Of a DNA stretch of 64,000 nt, positions 39,978 to 50,199 are shown in pieces. Location of the stretch: positions 124,001 through 188,000 of the IMG/VR virus record IMGVR_UViG_3300020188_000808. One strand, 5' to 3'. The notes under the pieces were generated by a model. It saw nothing but the letters and a program-made list of their open reading frames with translations. It did no database searches and was not told the DNA's origin. The translations under genes were made by a program, and so were the position numbers. Positions within the stretch are counted from its first letter, which is position 1. Every line of letters begins with the position of its first letter.

Positions 39978-40909
39978 AGCTAGATTATCAAGATAAAACA
40001 AAAGAAGATTGGTTCTTAGTTAGTTGGACATTAAGTAATAAATGTAATTACAAATGTTCTTACTGCCCGGATATATTACACAACGGAACTACAGGACAGC
40101 CCAAATGGGAAACTGTTAAAAACTTTGTCGAAAATTTTAAAGTACCTTCTAAAGAAATTTGTTACAGACTTAGTGGCGGAGAACCTACTTATTGGAAACA
40201 CTTTATTGATCTTGCAAAACTTGTTAAGGAACAAGGACACACATTTAGTTTTGTTACAAACGGTAGCCAATCAGTTGAATATTTTCAAAAGATAGATCCA
40301 TATACTGATGGTATGCTTATGAGTTATCATCCAGAGTATTCTTCTTCACAACATTTTGTAGATATTGCAAACGCAACATCGTGTGAAATTATTGTTAATT
40401 TAATGTTACCTCCTGGAAAAGAATCATTTGAAGAACAGTATAAAATAGCACAATACTTGTTTGATAGAACAGATAGGATGTCAATATATCCTAAAGTTAT
40501 TTTAGATAAAACAGACGGTGAACATATTACTAATGCAGTAGCACCTTATAGTAGTGAACAAAAAGAAATCATCGGTGCTTGGCCGTTTGCAAGAGAAGTT
40601 AATGATGAGAAGTTACACCGTGGAGATCTTAAACTTGATAACAATCTTATTACAGCAAATGATTTAATTATGTCTGGTATGAATAATTTTGCTGGTTGGA
40701 AATGTTGGGCAGGCGTTGACGGAATAAACATTGACATGTGGGGCAACATGTATAGAGCAGATTGTCAGTTTGGTGGACCAATAGGAAATATGGAAAGATA
40801 TAAACTACCAACTGAGCCTATTACATGCGGAAAAACTGTGTGCGGATGTTTGAGTGATATATACATACGTAAGGACCGCGGAGATAGACAAAGCAGAATT
40901 GAAGCATGA
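39974..40909 (+). CDS. Radical SAM protein with C-terminal Cys-rich domain (paralog of 33272)
   Basis: VSW.L...CNYKCSYC, LSGGEPT, FAGWKCWAG...C...CGKTVCGC. Confidence 0.9.
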   Translation: MKLDYQDKTKEDWFLVSWTLSNKCNYKCSYCPDILHNGTTGQPKWETVKNFVENFKVPSKEICYRLSGGEPTYWKHFIDLAKLVKEQGHTFSFVTNGSQSVEYFQKIDPYTDGMLMSYHPEYSSSQHFVDIANATSCEIIVNLMLPPGKESFEEQYKIAQYLFDRTDRMSIYPKVILDKTDGEHITNAVAPYSSEQKEIIGAWPFAREVNDEKLHRGDLKLDNNLITANDLIMSGMNNFAGWKCWAGVDGINIDMWGNMYRADCQFGGPIGNMERYKLPTEPITCGKTVCGCLSDIYIRKDRGDRQSRIEA

Positions 40910-41454
40910 AAATAATTATAACAGGCAATCCTAATTATGAAGGTCTTTGCAAAGGCCTATATGAAGCGTACAATGGTAACCAATTAGAATTTATTGGTAG
41001 ACACAATGGTTGGGATATGCAAGACTTAGATGCTGTTGCAGATTATATAAAAGACTATGACGTATTTGTAAACAGTTTGTTAATACCAGATAACGGTCAA
41101 GAAAAATTGTTGCATAAAGTTTACAAAACTTTCAAAGGGTCACATATAATTAACATTTCTAGTACAACAAGTTATTGGGGTGACGGTTATAGTCCAAAAG
41201 GATATCTTGAAAGTAAAACTGCACTAGATGAAGCAAGTAAAACATATTCACAATATTGTGCGTTTGGTGATAGCAAAATTCGTGTAAGCAATATTGCGTT
41301 TGGACAACTTGATTCTAAAAAAGTAAATGACAACAGTGATCGTAAGAAGATTAGTTTGCTTGATGCAGGTAAACTTATTAAGTGGTTAATTGATAGCCCA
41401 CGTAATACAAATATTCATTACCTTGCAGTTGATCCTATTCAAACAACTCTTTAA
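40906..41454 (+). CDS. Short-chain dehydrogenase/reductase (SDR)-like protein
   Basis: IIITG, DVFVN, IINISS, YLESK (YxxxK). Confidence 0.75.
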   Translation: MKIIITGNPNYEGLCKGLYEAYNGNQLEFIGRHNGWDMQDLDAVADYIKDYDVFVNSLLIPDNGQEKLLHKVYKTFKGSHIINISSTTSYWGDGYSPKGYLESKTALDEASKTYSQYCAFGDSKIRVSNIAFGQLDSKKVNDNSDRKKISLLDAGKLIKWLIDSPRNTNIHYLAVDPIQTTL

Positions 41455-42556
41455 GCTCTGGACAGTAGTTTAATACGTTTTCATTTCTAAGTTTATCTAA
41501 GTCTTTTGTATACTTAACAAATAACTCTAACTGTTTGCTATCGTCTTTGCTAGTATAATTTATATTAGGAAATCTAAAATCAATTTTGTCTAAAATGTTG
41601 TTAGGTAAAATCTGTGGATTTAAATATGCTGGTTGTGCAACTACATTATTAAAATAAATTGACCAGTTATCTTTTTTGTTTTCTTCAAACCACCAATACA
41701 ATTTATCCAAGTGTGAAATGTTATACGCCATAACTGTAACAGCAATAATTACTCTATCAAAGTTATAGTGTTTTAAATTTTCATTTAGTTGTGCAAATGT
41801 AAAGTTCTTACCACCTCTAATGTATTCGTATAATCCGTCAGTGCCTTCTACGCTCACAGTCCATTTAGTATGACCAAATTGTTTTGCAAGTGCGTGTACT
41901 TCTTCATCTACAATAGTACCATTAGTGGTCCAGTCAAGTGTAATATTTTGTGCAATACCTAAGTCAATAAACTTCTGTAATATTTTTTTATTTGCAGGCT
42001 CCATGTAAGGTTCGCCACCTTTAATACTTAGGTAACGTAAATTCATTAATGGAGTAGGGTCTTCAAACAGTCGCTCTATAATTTGTTCGCTTTTGTTAGT
42101 ATAACCAAATTCTGGATGGTCTACTGGACGTTGATAATCACTGTCCAAATTAGCTAGTTTAATTTCATCTTTAACCCAAGCACTAGAACTAATACCATTA
42201 CACATGCGACATTTCAAATTACAAATATTACTCATATTAAACTCCAAAAAGTAGATATCTGTGAAGTTTTTTGAGTAGTCGTAATTGGTATTTTCTAACA
42301 TTGGATTGAGTATGTCACGAAAGAATAAACGCCTGCTATGACCTACAGAACCTTCTTTTAAAGCACATTGTACACACTCGGGCGGTAACACTCCATTACG
42401 GATACTATCCTTTGTGTATGACGCTGTAATGCTGTTTAAGACGGTGTTTAACGGCGATTTAAGCACGTTACCATAACGCTCTTTGTACACTCCGTCGGGT
42501 ACAATATCACCATTAAAGCGTACCAAAATACTATGCCAAGGAGCGTAACATTTCAT
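41435..42556 (-). CDS. Radical SAM protein with degenerate N-terminal twitch-like domain
   Basis: CNLKCRMC, IKGGEP; N-terminal CYAPW..GDIVPDG (CC replaced)...CVQC. Confidence 0.9.
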   Translation of the reverse strand: MKCYAPWHSILVRFNGDIVPDGVYKERYGNVLKSPLNTVLNSITASYTKDSIRNGVLPPECVQCALKEGSVGHSRRLFFRDILNPMLENTNYDYSKNFTDIYFLEFNMSNICNLKCRMCNGISSSAWVKDEIKLANLDSDYQRPVDHPEFGYTNKSEQIIERLFEDPTPLMNLRYLSIKGGEPYMEPANKKILQKFIDLGIAQNITLDWTTNGTIVDEEVHALAKQFGHTKWTVSVEGTDGLYEYIRGGKNFTFAQLNENLKHYNFDRVIIAVTVMAYNISHLDKLYWWFEENKKDNWSIYFNNVVAQPAYLNPQILPNNILDKIDFRFPNINYTSKDDSKQLELFVKYTKDLDKLRNENVLNYCPELKELFE

Positions 42557-43661
42557 AACTTAAATCCTCCTTAACAATATAAATGGCTTCTTCGTTAGTC
42601 TTCATATGATGTCCAATAACATGTATTTGATTTTGGTATACAATAGGTCTACCAAACATTATATTGTTTACATATACGCCTCTAACTATTTCGCCTGTTT
42701 GGTCAATTTTTAAAATAGGACAACTAGGAGTACCACTAGGAAAAAAGTATGCATTACCCATGTACTCTATACCCGATCTAAATCTATACTTACCACCAAA
42801 GTTTAATTTGATATCAAACTGTGTAGTTTCTTTTGTAACTGTATTAAACACTAATCCCCAATTACTATCATTTGTATGTTCATCACCATAGGGCAATGCT
42901 ATAATGTTATTACCTACTAATACACCACAGTTATATTTTTTAGCAAAGTCTACTCCGTGTATGTCGTGATAGGTTACAGTATTTGTTTCTGTATCAAACT
43001 CTACAATAGTATTAAGTCCTTTAGTTTCACCAAATGGTAAACTATAAAGTGTATTGTCTTTAACAATAATATCTGTATATTTTCTAGTAATACTAGCATC
43101 AACATCTAGTTCATAACTTTGATATTGTTTGCCGTCAAAACTTAGTAGAGTATTATACCCAGGTTCATCACCTCTAGGCATACTCCAATACTTTCCGTTA
43201 CAATAAACAGTACCCATGTGTAGTTTTTTACCTTCAGTAGGTAGTTTATGTGCTTCAACTCCGTTGTTAATGTATAACCCGTAGTTTGTATCTTCGTATC
43301 CTAATGGAAAACTAAATGCAGTTTTATTGTCTGTTGCTACACTATAAAATTGTCCCTTACCTTTAAATGGTAGTGTATGATAGTACGGAGTTGTATTACG
43401 TAACTCTACAACAGTATTAAACTCATCGTAAATACCATAAGGAATAAACCAACTACTATTACCAACTTGTGCAATAGCATTTGTTTTACTAGTTGCCGCC
43501 GGCAGACTTAATTCAATGTAATTATTTTTGTAAAATATTTTACTATAATCTCTACATTGCTCAGTAGCAAACGGAGGACTTAACAGTTCGTTGTTATGCT
43601 CGGATAACAACATATGTTTAATAGACTGTTCCTTGTAAAAGTCTTGAAATGCCTTATACAT
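42531..43661 (-). CDS. Beta-propeller repeat protein
   Basis: Repeats of 'xxYxxPxG....xxxFDxxT' (LYSLPFG, IIALPYG, YFFPSG, FSFPLG). Confidence 0.6.
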   Translation of the reverse strand: MYKAFQDFYKEQSIKHMLLSEHNNELLSPPFATEQCRDYSKIFYKNNYIELSLPAATSKTNAIAQVGNSSWFIPYGIYDEFNTVVELRNTTPYYHTLPFKGKGQFYSVATDNKTAFSFPLGYEDTNYGLYINNGVEAHKLPTEGKKLHMGTVYCNGKYWSMPRGDEPGYNTLLSFDGKQYQSYELDVDASITRKYTDIIVKDNTLYSLPFGETKGLNTIVEFDTETNTVTYHDIHGVDFAKKYNCGVLVGNNIIALPYGDEHTNDSNWGLVFNTVTKETTQFDIKLNFGGKYRFRSGIEYMGNAYFFPSGTPSCPILKIDQTGEIVRGVYVNNIMFGRPIVYQNQIHVIGHHMKTNEEAIYIVKEDLSYEMLRSLA

Positions 43662-44880
43662 ATTTTAAATCCATAGTGTGTACTACTTTTTCTTTTGTTG
43701 TATCAAATACTAGTACAGTTTGAAATGATTCACTTTCACCGTACGGAAATGCAAAAATTACATCATTGTGTATTATACAGTTGTTATATTTTTCTATTGT
43801 AGTTGAGTCTTTAAAATATTCTCCTACATCTAGAGTATAATACGAATCGTCCTTGGTGTCAATTACTAATATTTCTGCAAGGTCTCCTTGACTTTTCCAA
43901 GTTTCTTCTGGCTCACAAACACATCCTCCTCTTGGTATATAATAAATTAGTCCTTTACTATTTTCAACACCTGTGAAGTATTTTTTACTTTCCTTTCCTA
44001 TATGCAAGTCAAGTGTATACCATGCGTCAACGTTGGTATCAATAACAAGCATATCGCTCCAATCTTCGTCATGCCCTGCAGGTGGAAAATAAATCTTTCC
44101 ATTACGTGCAACAGTATGACTATAATACATTCTACTTGTATCTGTTAATCCAGTGTGTTCACTAAACCAACGTGTTCCGTCAAACCGCAGTAATACATCA
44201 AAGTCTGGATTTTCACTATATGGTGGCGCATATAATTTACGTCCTACTTTTGCTAACGTAGTAAATTTCTTATTAGTAAATTGTTTATTAGCTAGATCCA
44301 ACCAATGGTTACGCATATCAATAAGTTCATAAGTCATAGAATTGCAATCGTAATGTATCCTGTAATGAAACATTGGATCTTCACACGCTTCGCCTCTAGG
44401 AACTCCATAAATAATTCCGTCTATCATTTGTGTAGTATGCCATTTTTTACAATCTTCAGTTGGTACATCTATGTGTACATACGTTAGTGTATGATCATTT
44501 AAGTTTAGATGTAATACCCAACTAAATGGTTCATGTTCTCCGTAAGGTAGTGCTACAATTTCATTACCGTGTATGTGTCCTTGTATATACTTGCCTTTAC
44601 CTTTATGAGACACTTCGATATATGTTATCTCATCAGTTTCGGTATCGACAACTAAAATTTTACTTTCGTTATACGGTAAGAAATAAATTAAGTTACGATA
44701 AACAATACCATTCTGCCACTTTTCTGTAGACTTATCAACATCAAGTTTAATTTTTGTAATAGCATATGTAGTCGGATCCATTTTAAGCATATAGTCAATA
44801 GATTTAGTTAATCCAAATGGTGGAATATAGATCATTCCATTACTACCTAATGTAGCATAACTAAAGGCTTGCGGGGTCAA
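43654..44880 (-). CDS. Beta-propeller repeat protein
   Basis: About 8 repeats (IYIPPFG, IYFLPYN, IVALPYG, IYGVPRG, LYAPPYS, IYFPPAG, IYYIPRG, IFAFPYG); TTG start at 44880 with GGAG RBS (track 44898). Confidence 0.65.
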   Translation of the reverse strand: MTPQAFSYATLGSNGMIYIPPFGLTKSIDYMLKMDPTTYAITKIKLDVDKSTEKWQNGIVYRNLIYFLPYNESKILVVDTETDEITYIEVSHKGKGKYIQGHIHGNEIVALPYGEHEPFSWVLHLNLNDHTLTYVHIDVPTEDCKKWHTTQMIDGIIYGVPRGEACEDPMFHYRIHYDCNSMTYELIDMRNHWLDLANKQFTNKKFTTLAKVGRKLYAPPYSENPDFDVLLRFDGTRWFSEHTGLTDTSRMYYSHTVARNGKIYFPPAGHDEDWSDMLVIDTNVDAWYTLDLHIGKESKKYFTGVENSKGLIYYIPRGGCVCEPEETWKSQGDLAEILVIDTKDDSYYTLDVGEYFKDSTTIEKYNNCIIHNDVIFAFPYGESESFQTVLVFDTTKEKVVHTMDLKYV

Positions 44881-45316
44881 ATTTATCTCCAAATGCACTT
44901 TTTAAGTCTGAATGTAACTTAGTCATAATTTGTTCTTCACTGTATAAGCCAACGTTATCCCAGTCAACCATGTACATGTTATCACCGTCGATCATAATAT
45001 TACTTAGCACCCAATCAAAGTGTGCATATGGACTAGTTTCGTTGATAGTAAAAATACAAAAATCATAAATCTTTTTTATAAACTGCGGAGTATGTGCAAA
45101 TTTACTTGCAGGTGTACCAGGAACTTTGTGATACTCAATAAACATTTTGTCATCTTTGATACCCCAGTCAATTACCCAACCCTCCATAACTTCACCTAGT
45201 ATGATAATATGTTCTTCAAGTCTTTCTTGATCAATTATAGTCCACTCTTTACGAAACCTATCTTCAAGTTCAAAAACTTTTCTGCCTATTTCTTTATTTT
45301 CTTTAATCAATTCCAT
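44861..45316 (-). CDS. Small protein-kinase-like (APH/RIO-type) phosphotransferase
   Basis: HFDWVLSNIM (HxDxxxxN) and MVDWD metal-binding motif; about 151 aa. Confidence 0.65.
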   Translation of the reverse strand: MELIKENKEIGRKVFELEDRFRKEWTIIDQERLEEHIIILGEVMEGWVIDWGIKDDKMFIEYHKVPGTPASKFAHTPQFIKKIYDFCIFTINETSPYAHFDWVLSNIMIDGDNMYMVDWDNVGLYSEEQIMTKLHSDLKSAFGDKFDPASL

Positions 45317-46376
45317 ATGCTTGTGCAACCTCCGGCAAGTAATCTTTAATATATAGTTTACGCCAATTATCTTGTTTTGTTATTTGTCTTATGAAGTGTT
45401 CAATAATTTTTGGATCACTAGGATGATTTGCCCATTGATCAACATCTGGGTGTATTCCTTTGAACTGTTCTTTTAAAACAGTTGGAGCATTTTTAACATG
45501 TAACCATTCTGGTAATATTAATAAATTATCGTACAATTTAAAATTATTTGTTTCTGCATACTCTTTAATTTCGTTATAGTACAATGCATTAAGAATACTA
45601 AGTGTTGGAGTTACGTCAACCTTACAAAAGTCTGCATACTTTTGTGCATTAACTTCTATCTCGCTCCATTTACTTCCACTTCTAATATAATCAATTTTAT
45701 TACTTGCGGCATCTAAACTAAGACTCATGATTACCATATTAAATCTTCTTAATAGTTTTTCAATCTTAGGGTTCCATATAGTTCCGTTAGTATTAAATCT
45801 AACTAACACGCTAGGATCAAGTCTTTCTAAAAACTTGTCTAAGTGTCTAACCATCATAGGTTCACCACCTGTTAGATAAACTTCTCTAATAGGTAAGTCG
45901 TCGAATTTTTTCATTGTTTCTTCCGAAGCCCAATTAAAGTTTGGAACTTCAAGTACTCCGTGCAACGGAACAATGCCAGCTTTTTTCATTTCAATAGCTT
46001 CTTCAGCAATACTACTACTGCTCATTTCCCAACAGCTAACACATTTAAGATTACAGCTATTACCAAATCTAATATCAAGATGACTTATTCCAGGACCAAA
46101 GAAATTCCTAACGTATCTAGTACCGTCTGGTTTTACCCTAGTACGCATACTGTCAATACCTTGTAGTTCTTGTAGTTCGCAACGTGTACAAGCATCAGGC
46201 CATTCACCTTTTAACATTTGCATTCTTGTTTTTTTATGAAAATCGCTGTCATGCCATTCTTGTGGAGTGTGTGTTTTAATATTTTCTTTATTATTTTGTT
46301 CAAGGCTAACACAACACAAACGATATTGCCCATCTGATCGCACACACACTTGATTGTCTAAGTACTTACATTTCAC
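45303..46376 (-). CDS. Radical SAM protein with N-terminal twitch/SPASM-like domain
   Basis: CNLKCVSC, LTGGEP; N-terminal C...DGQYRLCC...CTRC. Confidence 0.9.
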   Translation of the reverse strand: MKCKYLDNQVCVRSDGQYRLCCVSLEQNNKENIKTHTPQEWHDSDFHKKTRMQMLKGEWPDACTRCELQELQGIDSMRTRVKPDGTRYVRNFFGPGISHLDIRFGNSCNLKCVSCWEMSSSSIAEEAIEMKKAGIVPLHGVLEVPNFNWASEETMKKFDDLPIREVYLTGGEPMMVRHLDKFLERLDPSVLVRFNTNGTIWNPKIEKLLRRFNMVIMSLSLDAASNKIDYIRSGSKWSEIEVNAQKYADFCKVDVTPTLSILNALYYNEIKEYAETNNFKLYDNLLILPEWLHVKNAPTVLKEQFKGIHPDVDQWANHPSDPKIIEHFIRQITKQDNWRKLYIKDYLPEVAQAYGID

Positions 46377-47343
46377 CGCAGGTTACCTCACATATTTTAA
46401 ATCTGTTTTTACTTGGCATTAATAATTCTTCACCTTCAATTATATCTGTTAGTGACTTATCATTTACGTTAGGCCATACAACATCTTTTTGTTGTTTAGC
46501 ATATGGACTATTAATGTCTTTAGGCCAACGGTCACTTAGTAAGTAACAACACGGTAATACTTCACCTACATGGTTTATTTGTATTTTTCTTTTGTTCTGC
46601 CATTTGCATTTAATAGTAGTGTCACTAAAGTCTTTAATTTTTTCTAATCGTTCAATATGATCAAGATGTTTACTATCATATTTAATTACACGAGCTTTGT
46701 CCTTTTTATTTTCTTTAAATTTTTCAATAGCATTATCAACCATACTATTAAGAGCAGTAAATGCAAATCCACCATTGACATCAAACTTTAAAAAGCCCAT
46801 GTCTTTAGATAGTTGTTCACATTCTTCTAACTGGTGTGCATTATGATCAAATACTAGCATACGCCAACGTGCTTTACCACCAGCTTGTATAAATGCTTTG
46901 GCATTGTTCATAATACGTTCCCATATAACACCTCGTCTATACAAGTGATTAGTATCTTCTAATCCGTCTATACTCCAAGTAATGCCACTAGGTTGTTTAA
47001 ACTTCTTTAATACATTTGCTAGTGCAACGTATTGTTCTGGCACACCTATACCACCGTTAGTATGAATCATAATTTGTATATCTTCTGAAGCGGCATATTC
47101 GAGTGCTTCAACTAGTATAGGATTCATTAACGGATCTCCATAACTACCATTAAATATTATTTCATTAGTAGTAGCATTATCTATGATATTTTTCCATGTT
47201 TTCATAGTCATATGGCTTAATGGCATTAAAGGATTTACCTTAACACCACCTAGATTCCTACTACAATTTCCGCACATAGAATTACAATGACTTGTAAAAT
47301 CTACTACAATCGCATCTAAGGTATTAGCTGTTAGGTATGGCAT
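46366..47343 (-). CDS. Radical SAM protein with C-terminal SPASM/twitch domain (paralog of 35143)
   Basis: CNSMCGNC, GSYGDP, HTNG, IDGLEDT, CEQLSKDMGF; GEVLPCC...CEVTC. Start at ATG 47343, since the track's 47448 would overlap the divergent gene. Confidence 0.9.
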   Translation of the reverse strand: MPYLTANTLDAIVVDFTSHCNSMCGNCSRNLGGVKVNPLMPLSHMTMKTWKNIIDNATTNEIIFNGSYGDPLMNPILVEALEYAASEDIQIMIHTNGGIGVPEQYVALANVLKKFKQPSGITWSIDGLEDTNHLYRRGVIWERIMNNAKAFIQAGGKARWRMLVFDHNAHQLEECEQLSKDMGFLKFDVNGGFAFTALNSMVDNAIEKFKENKKDKARVIKYDSKHLDHIERLEKIKDFSDTTIKCKWQNKRKIQINHVGEVLPCCYLLSDRWPKDINSPYAKQQKDVVWPNVNDKSLTDIIEGEELLMPSKNRFKICEVTCGEM

Positions 47344-47382
47344 AAGTATATTTAACAGATAGTTTAATGATATAGTAGAGTT

Positions 47383-48081
47383 ATGACAGCAGATATAGAA
47401 CATATAAAGCGTAGGAAAGACATTGTTACTGTAAAGTACCCAGAGCAATTTGACCCTAAATGGATTGTAATGGAAAGCGGCTGGCCTTGTTTTAGGCTAA
47501 GTGCTTTGGATAATCAACCTTGGAAAGAAATGTATGCAGAAGCAGAAGCACTTGCAGACAAGTTTTATCCACATAGAGAAACTACATATGGCAAAGGTTG
47601 GAAAAGTTTAACACTACACGGATTAAATGATGACACACAAAGTTTAGGTGGGTATGGTGATAGAGATGAAACTATCAAACAATTAGATTGGACTTGGGTA
47701 GCAGACGAATGTCCTATTACTAAAAAGTTTTTAACAGATGTGTGGCCTGCAGAGTTTTTAAATCGAGTAAGATTTATGTTGCTTGAACCAGGCGGTTACA
47801 TACTTCCACATCAAGATAGGTCAGATGAAGAAAAACGTTTAAGTGTTTGCAATATTAGTTTAAATAATCCAGAAAATTGCAAATTTATTTTTAAAGATCA
47901 CGGCATAGTGCCGTTTGAAGATAGCGGTAGTGCATTCTTAATGGACATATCAAATGTACATGCAGTATATAACGATAGTGATAAACCTCGTATACATATG
48001 ATTATACATTATGAATTAGGTAGACGTATTAGAGATTTCTTTTACGTGCTAAGACAAAGCTATTATACTAATCAAGGGTAA
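47383..48081 (+). CDS. Aspartyl/asparaginyl beta-hydroxylase-like 2OG-Fe(II) oxygenase
   Basis: GWKSLTLHG, PGGYILPHQD, VHAVYN, RIHMIIH; close paralog of 38690. Confidence 0.85.
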   Translation: MTADIEHIKRRKDIVTVKYPEQFDPKWIVMESGWPCFRLSALDNQPWKEMYAEAEALADKFYPHRETTYGKGWKSLTLHGLNDDTQSLGGYGDRDETIKQLDWTWVADECPITKKFLTDVWPAEFLNRVRFMLLEPGGYILPHQDRSDEEKRLSVCNISLNNPENCKFIFKDHGIVPFEDSGSAFLMDISNVHAVYNDSDKPRIHMIIHYELGRRIRDFFYVLRQSYYTNQG

Positions 48082-48082
48082 C

Positions 48083-49552
48083 ATGAAAGACTGGAATAGC
48101 ATCACAGCTGATAGATACTACGAGAATCTCAATCTCGACAATCGTGTTGGTGTAGGAATTCTTAATATTAGTCGTGACATACCAGATGCTACAGTACAAA
48201 AGCGTTCTTTTGATATGACATATTTTTATGTTAACCGTATGTTAAAGATGAACATGTGTAGTTACGTAGGATTTCATAACCGTGTTGAAACAATTCTTGA
48301 AGAAGCACTAGTAAAAGGCAAAGAGTTTGCAATGGTAGCATGTCAAGGACTGTTATTGTTTAGAGGTCCAAACTTAGTGCAACAAAGTGTGGAATATGCA
48401 AAAAATAATCCGCAGTTTTTTGTAGTTGGACATATTATGGACAAGAAGAATCAACATTATCTTACTAAAGGTGCATACCCTGGGTTACATAGACAATACT
48501 TGTTTGTAAATTTAAGTAAATGGGTTGAATTAGGAAAGCCAGCATTTGATGAGATGGGTGTTTTTTGGGACAGAAAACCGGAGTTACAAAATTATTGTCT
48601 AAGTGACGATACTATTCACAGTACTTACACACCTAAATGGATTAAACCCATGCAAGGCACAAGTAAGTATGCTACAACTAGCGATGGTTCTAATTGGATT
48701 GATATTGCTATGCGTAAAAACATACAGATTGATAATTTAGACAACGATATGCGAGCCTGCAAAGTATTTTTGTATCCGTACATTGATTCTGAAAAATTAA
48801 GCAAAGTATGGTATGACAAACAAAGCCCTGTAGTAGACGAATTAACAAATCAAAGTCAAAGAGCGTGGATACGTAAGTTAGGATATCAAGAAGAAATTGA
48901 AAAGAATCGTGTATATGCTTTTAATACTGAAACATTAAGTAGTGAAGGTGTTCGTACAGGAGGCAAACTAATTGATCATCTGTTTAGTGCGGCCGCAGGT
49001 TTTAAACCTCTTGCTATTTTAAATGCTAACGGCTTTCATGCGGGTACAACAGTACATTATTTTGATTGGTGCGAAGCAAGTTTAAACTATAAAAAGCATT
49101 TATTAGAAACATGGGACGGGTATGATTTAGATGCTTGGTTACTTGAACATGATCTTGAATATAATTTTAGTAGTACCTATAGAGGAAACTATAAACAGTT
49201 TTGGGAACAAGAATTAAAAGACTTTGGTGGTAGTTTAGCATTTCAAAGACTCTGGGAAAGATATAAAAATTTAAAACATGAATTTCATGTAGTAGATCTT
49301 GTATATGATAATACTAAATTATTTGATGTTATTAATAGTGTGCATGGTACTAAGGTATTATGGACTACAAACATATGGTCAAGCGAAATGCTTCATTGGA
49401 ATCTAGGTCCAGAAGAGTTAGAACAACAATGGGCAAAGTTTGAAGCTCAAATACCAGACGATCTTGTGTTGTATGGACACGACTATGTTGCAGTTGATAT
49501 GAATTCACGAGTGCGTAACGGTGTTAGACTAACACATCAGAGGTACGCCTAA
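48083..49552 (+). CDS. Two-domain hypothetical protein (possible GT-like N-terminus and methyltransferase-like C-terminus)
   Basis: 489 aa; C-terminal 'SAAAGFKP...HYFDW.EASL...VDLV...WTTNIW' parallels 38010. Confidence 0.4.
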   Translation: MKDWNSITADRYYENLNLDNRVGVGILNISRDIPDATVQKRSFDMTYFYVNRMLKMNMCSYVGFHNRVETILEEALVKGKEFAMVACQGLLLFRGPNLVQQSVEYAKNNPQFFVVGHIMDKKNQHYLTKGAYPGLHRQYLFVNLSKWVELGKPAFDEMGVFWDRKPELQNYCLSDDTIHSTYTPKWIKPMQGTSKYATTSDGSNWIDIAMRKNIQIDNLDNDMRACKVFLYPYIDSEKLSKVWYDKQSPVVDELTNQSQRAWIRKLGYQEEIEKNRVYAFNTETLSSEGVRTGGKLIDHLFSAAAGFKPLAILNANGFHAGTTVHYFDWCEASLNYKKHLLETWDGYDLDAWLLEHDLEYNFSSTYRGNYKQFWEQELKDFGGSLAFQRLWERYKNLKHEFHVVDLVYDNTKLFDVINSVHGTKVLWTTNIWSSEMLHWNLGPEELEQQWAKFEAQIPDDLVLYGHDYVAVDMNSRVRNGVRLTHQRYA

Positions 49553-50199
49553 TGGAGATGAAGCGTTACATAGAGGAACATGACCAAGCAGACTTAGGCT
49601 GGGCAGTTAAAAAGTTATGCAGAGTTAATCCGGATGAAATACAAAGTTGGTACGCTGACTTAGAAAAAGATTACAGCGATTGGAAATTTGTTATAGGTGA
49701 ACAACAACATGTATGGCAGTTTCCTATTAGTGATCCTGAAGCAAAGACAGGGCATCGTCTAATGGACGATACAGCATACTATACTCTTTGTTGGAATAGT
49801 GATGAACCGGGACCTAAACCATTTGAACAAGGGTGTGCAAAGCCAGAGTATAGAGATAATGATAATGACGAGCTTAATCCAAGGGAATGTTTTAAAGGAT
49901 ATGGATTAGATTTAGTAAACAATTTGCCTATGCGTAGTAAGAAATGGTTAGTAACTATTCATACACCAGGTACTAAATTAATTACACACCAAGACGCTCC
50001 AGATAAAATACGTGTACACATACCTATACATACCAATGCAGACAGTAATTGGATAATAGGCGGAAAAGAATACCATATGGAAGTAGGCTGGGCTTATCTT
50101 GTTAACACAACTATTCCGCATAGTGTAGAAAACAAAGGTACAACGGATAGGATACATTTATACGGAAAGGTTTGGACAGATGATTGCCGTAAGTTATAG
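49552..50199 (+). CDS. Asp/Asn beta-hydroxylase-like 2OG-Fe(II) oxygenase
   Basis: PGTKLITHQD, RVHIPI, PHSVEN, DRIHL. Confidence 0.85.
   Translation: MEMKRYIEEHDQADLGWAVKKLCRVNPDEIQSWYADLEKDYSDWKFVIGEQQHVWQFPISDPEAKTGHRLMDDTAYYTLCWNSDEPGPKPFEQGCAKPEYRDNDNDELNPRECFKGYGLDLVNNLPMRSKKWLVTIHTPGTKLITHQDAPDKIRVHIPIHTNADSNWIIGGKEYHMEVGWAYLVNTTIPHSVENKGTTDRIHLYGKVWTDDCRKL

Noticed and set aside
47344-47448. Extended N-termini from the ORF track (47448, 62068, 54142, 44898, 36110, 30521)
   Set aside because: Downstream starts have better RBSs or translational coupling, and the extensions overlap promoters or neighbouring genes.
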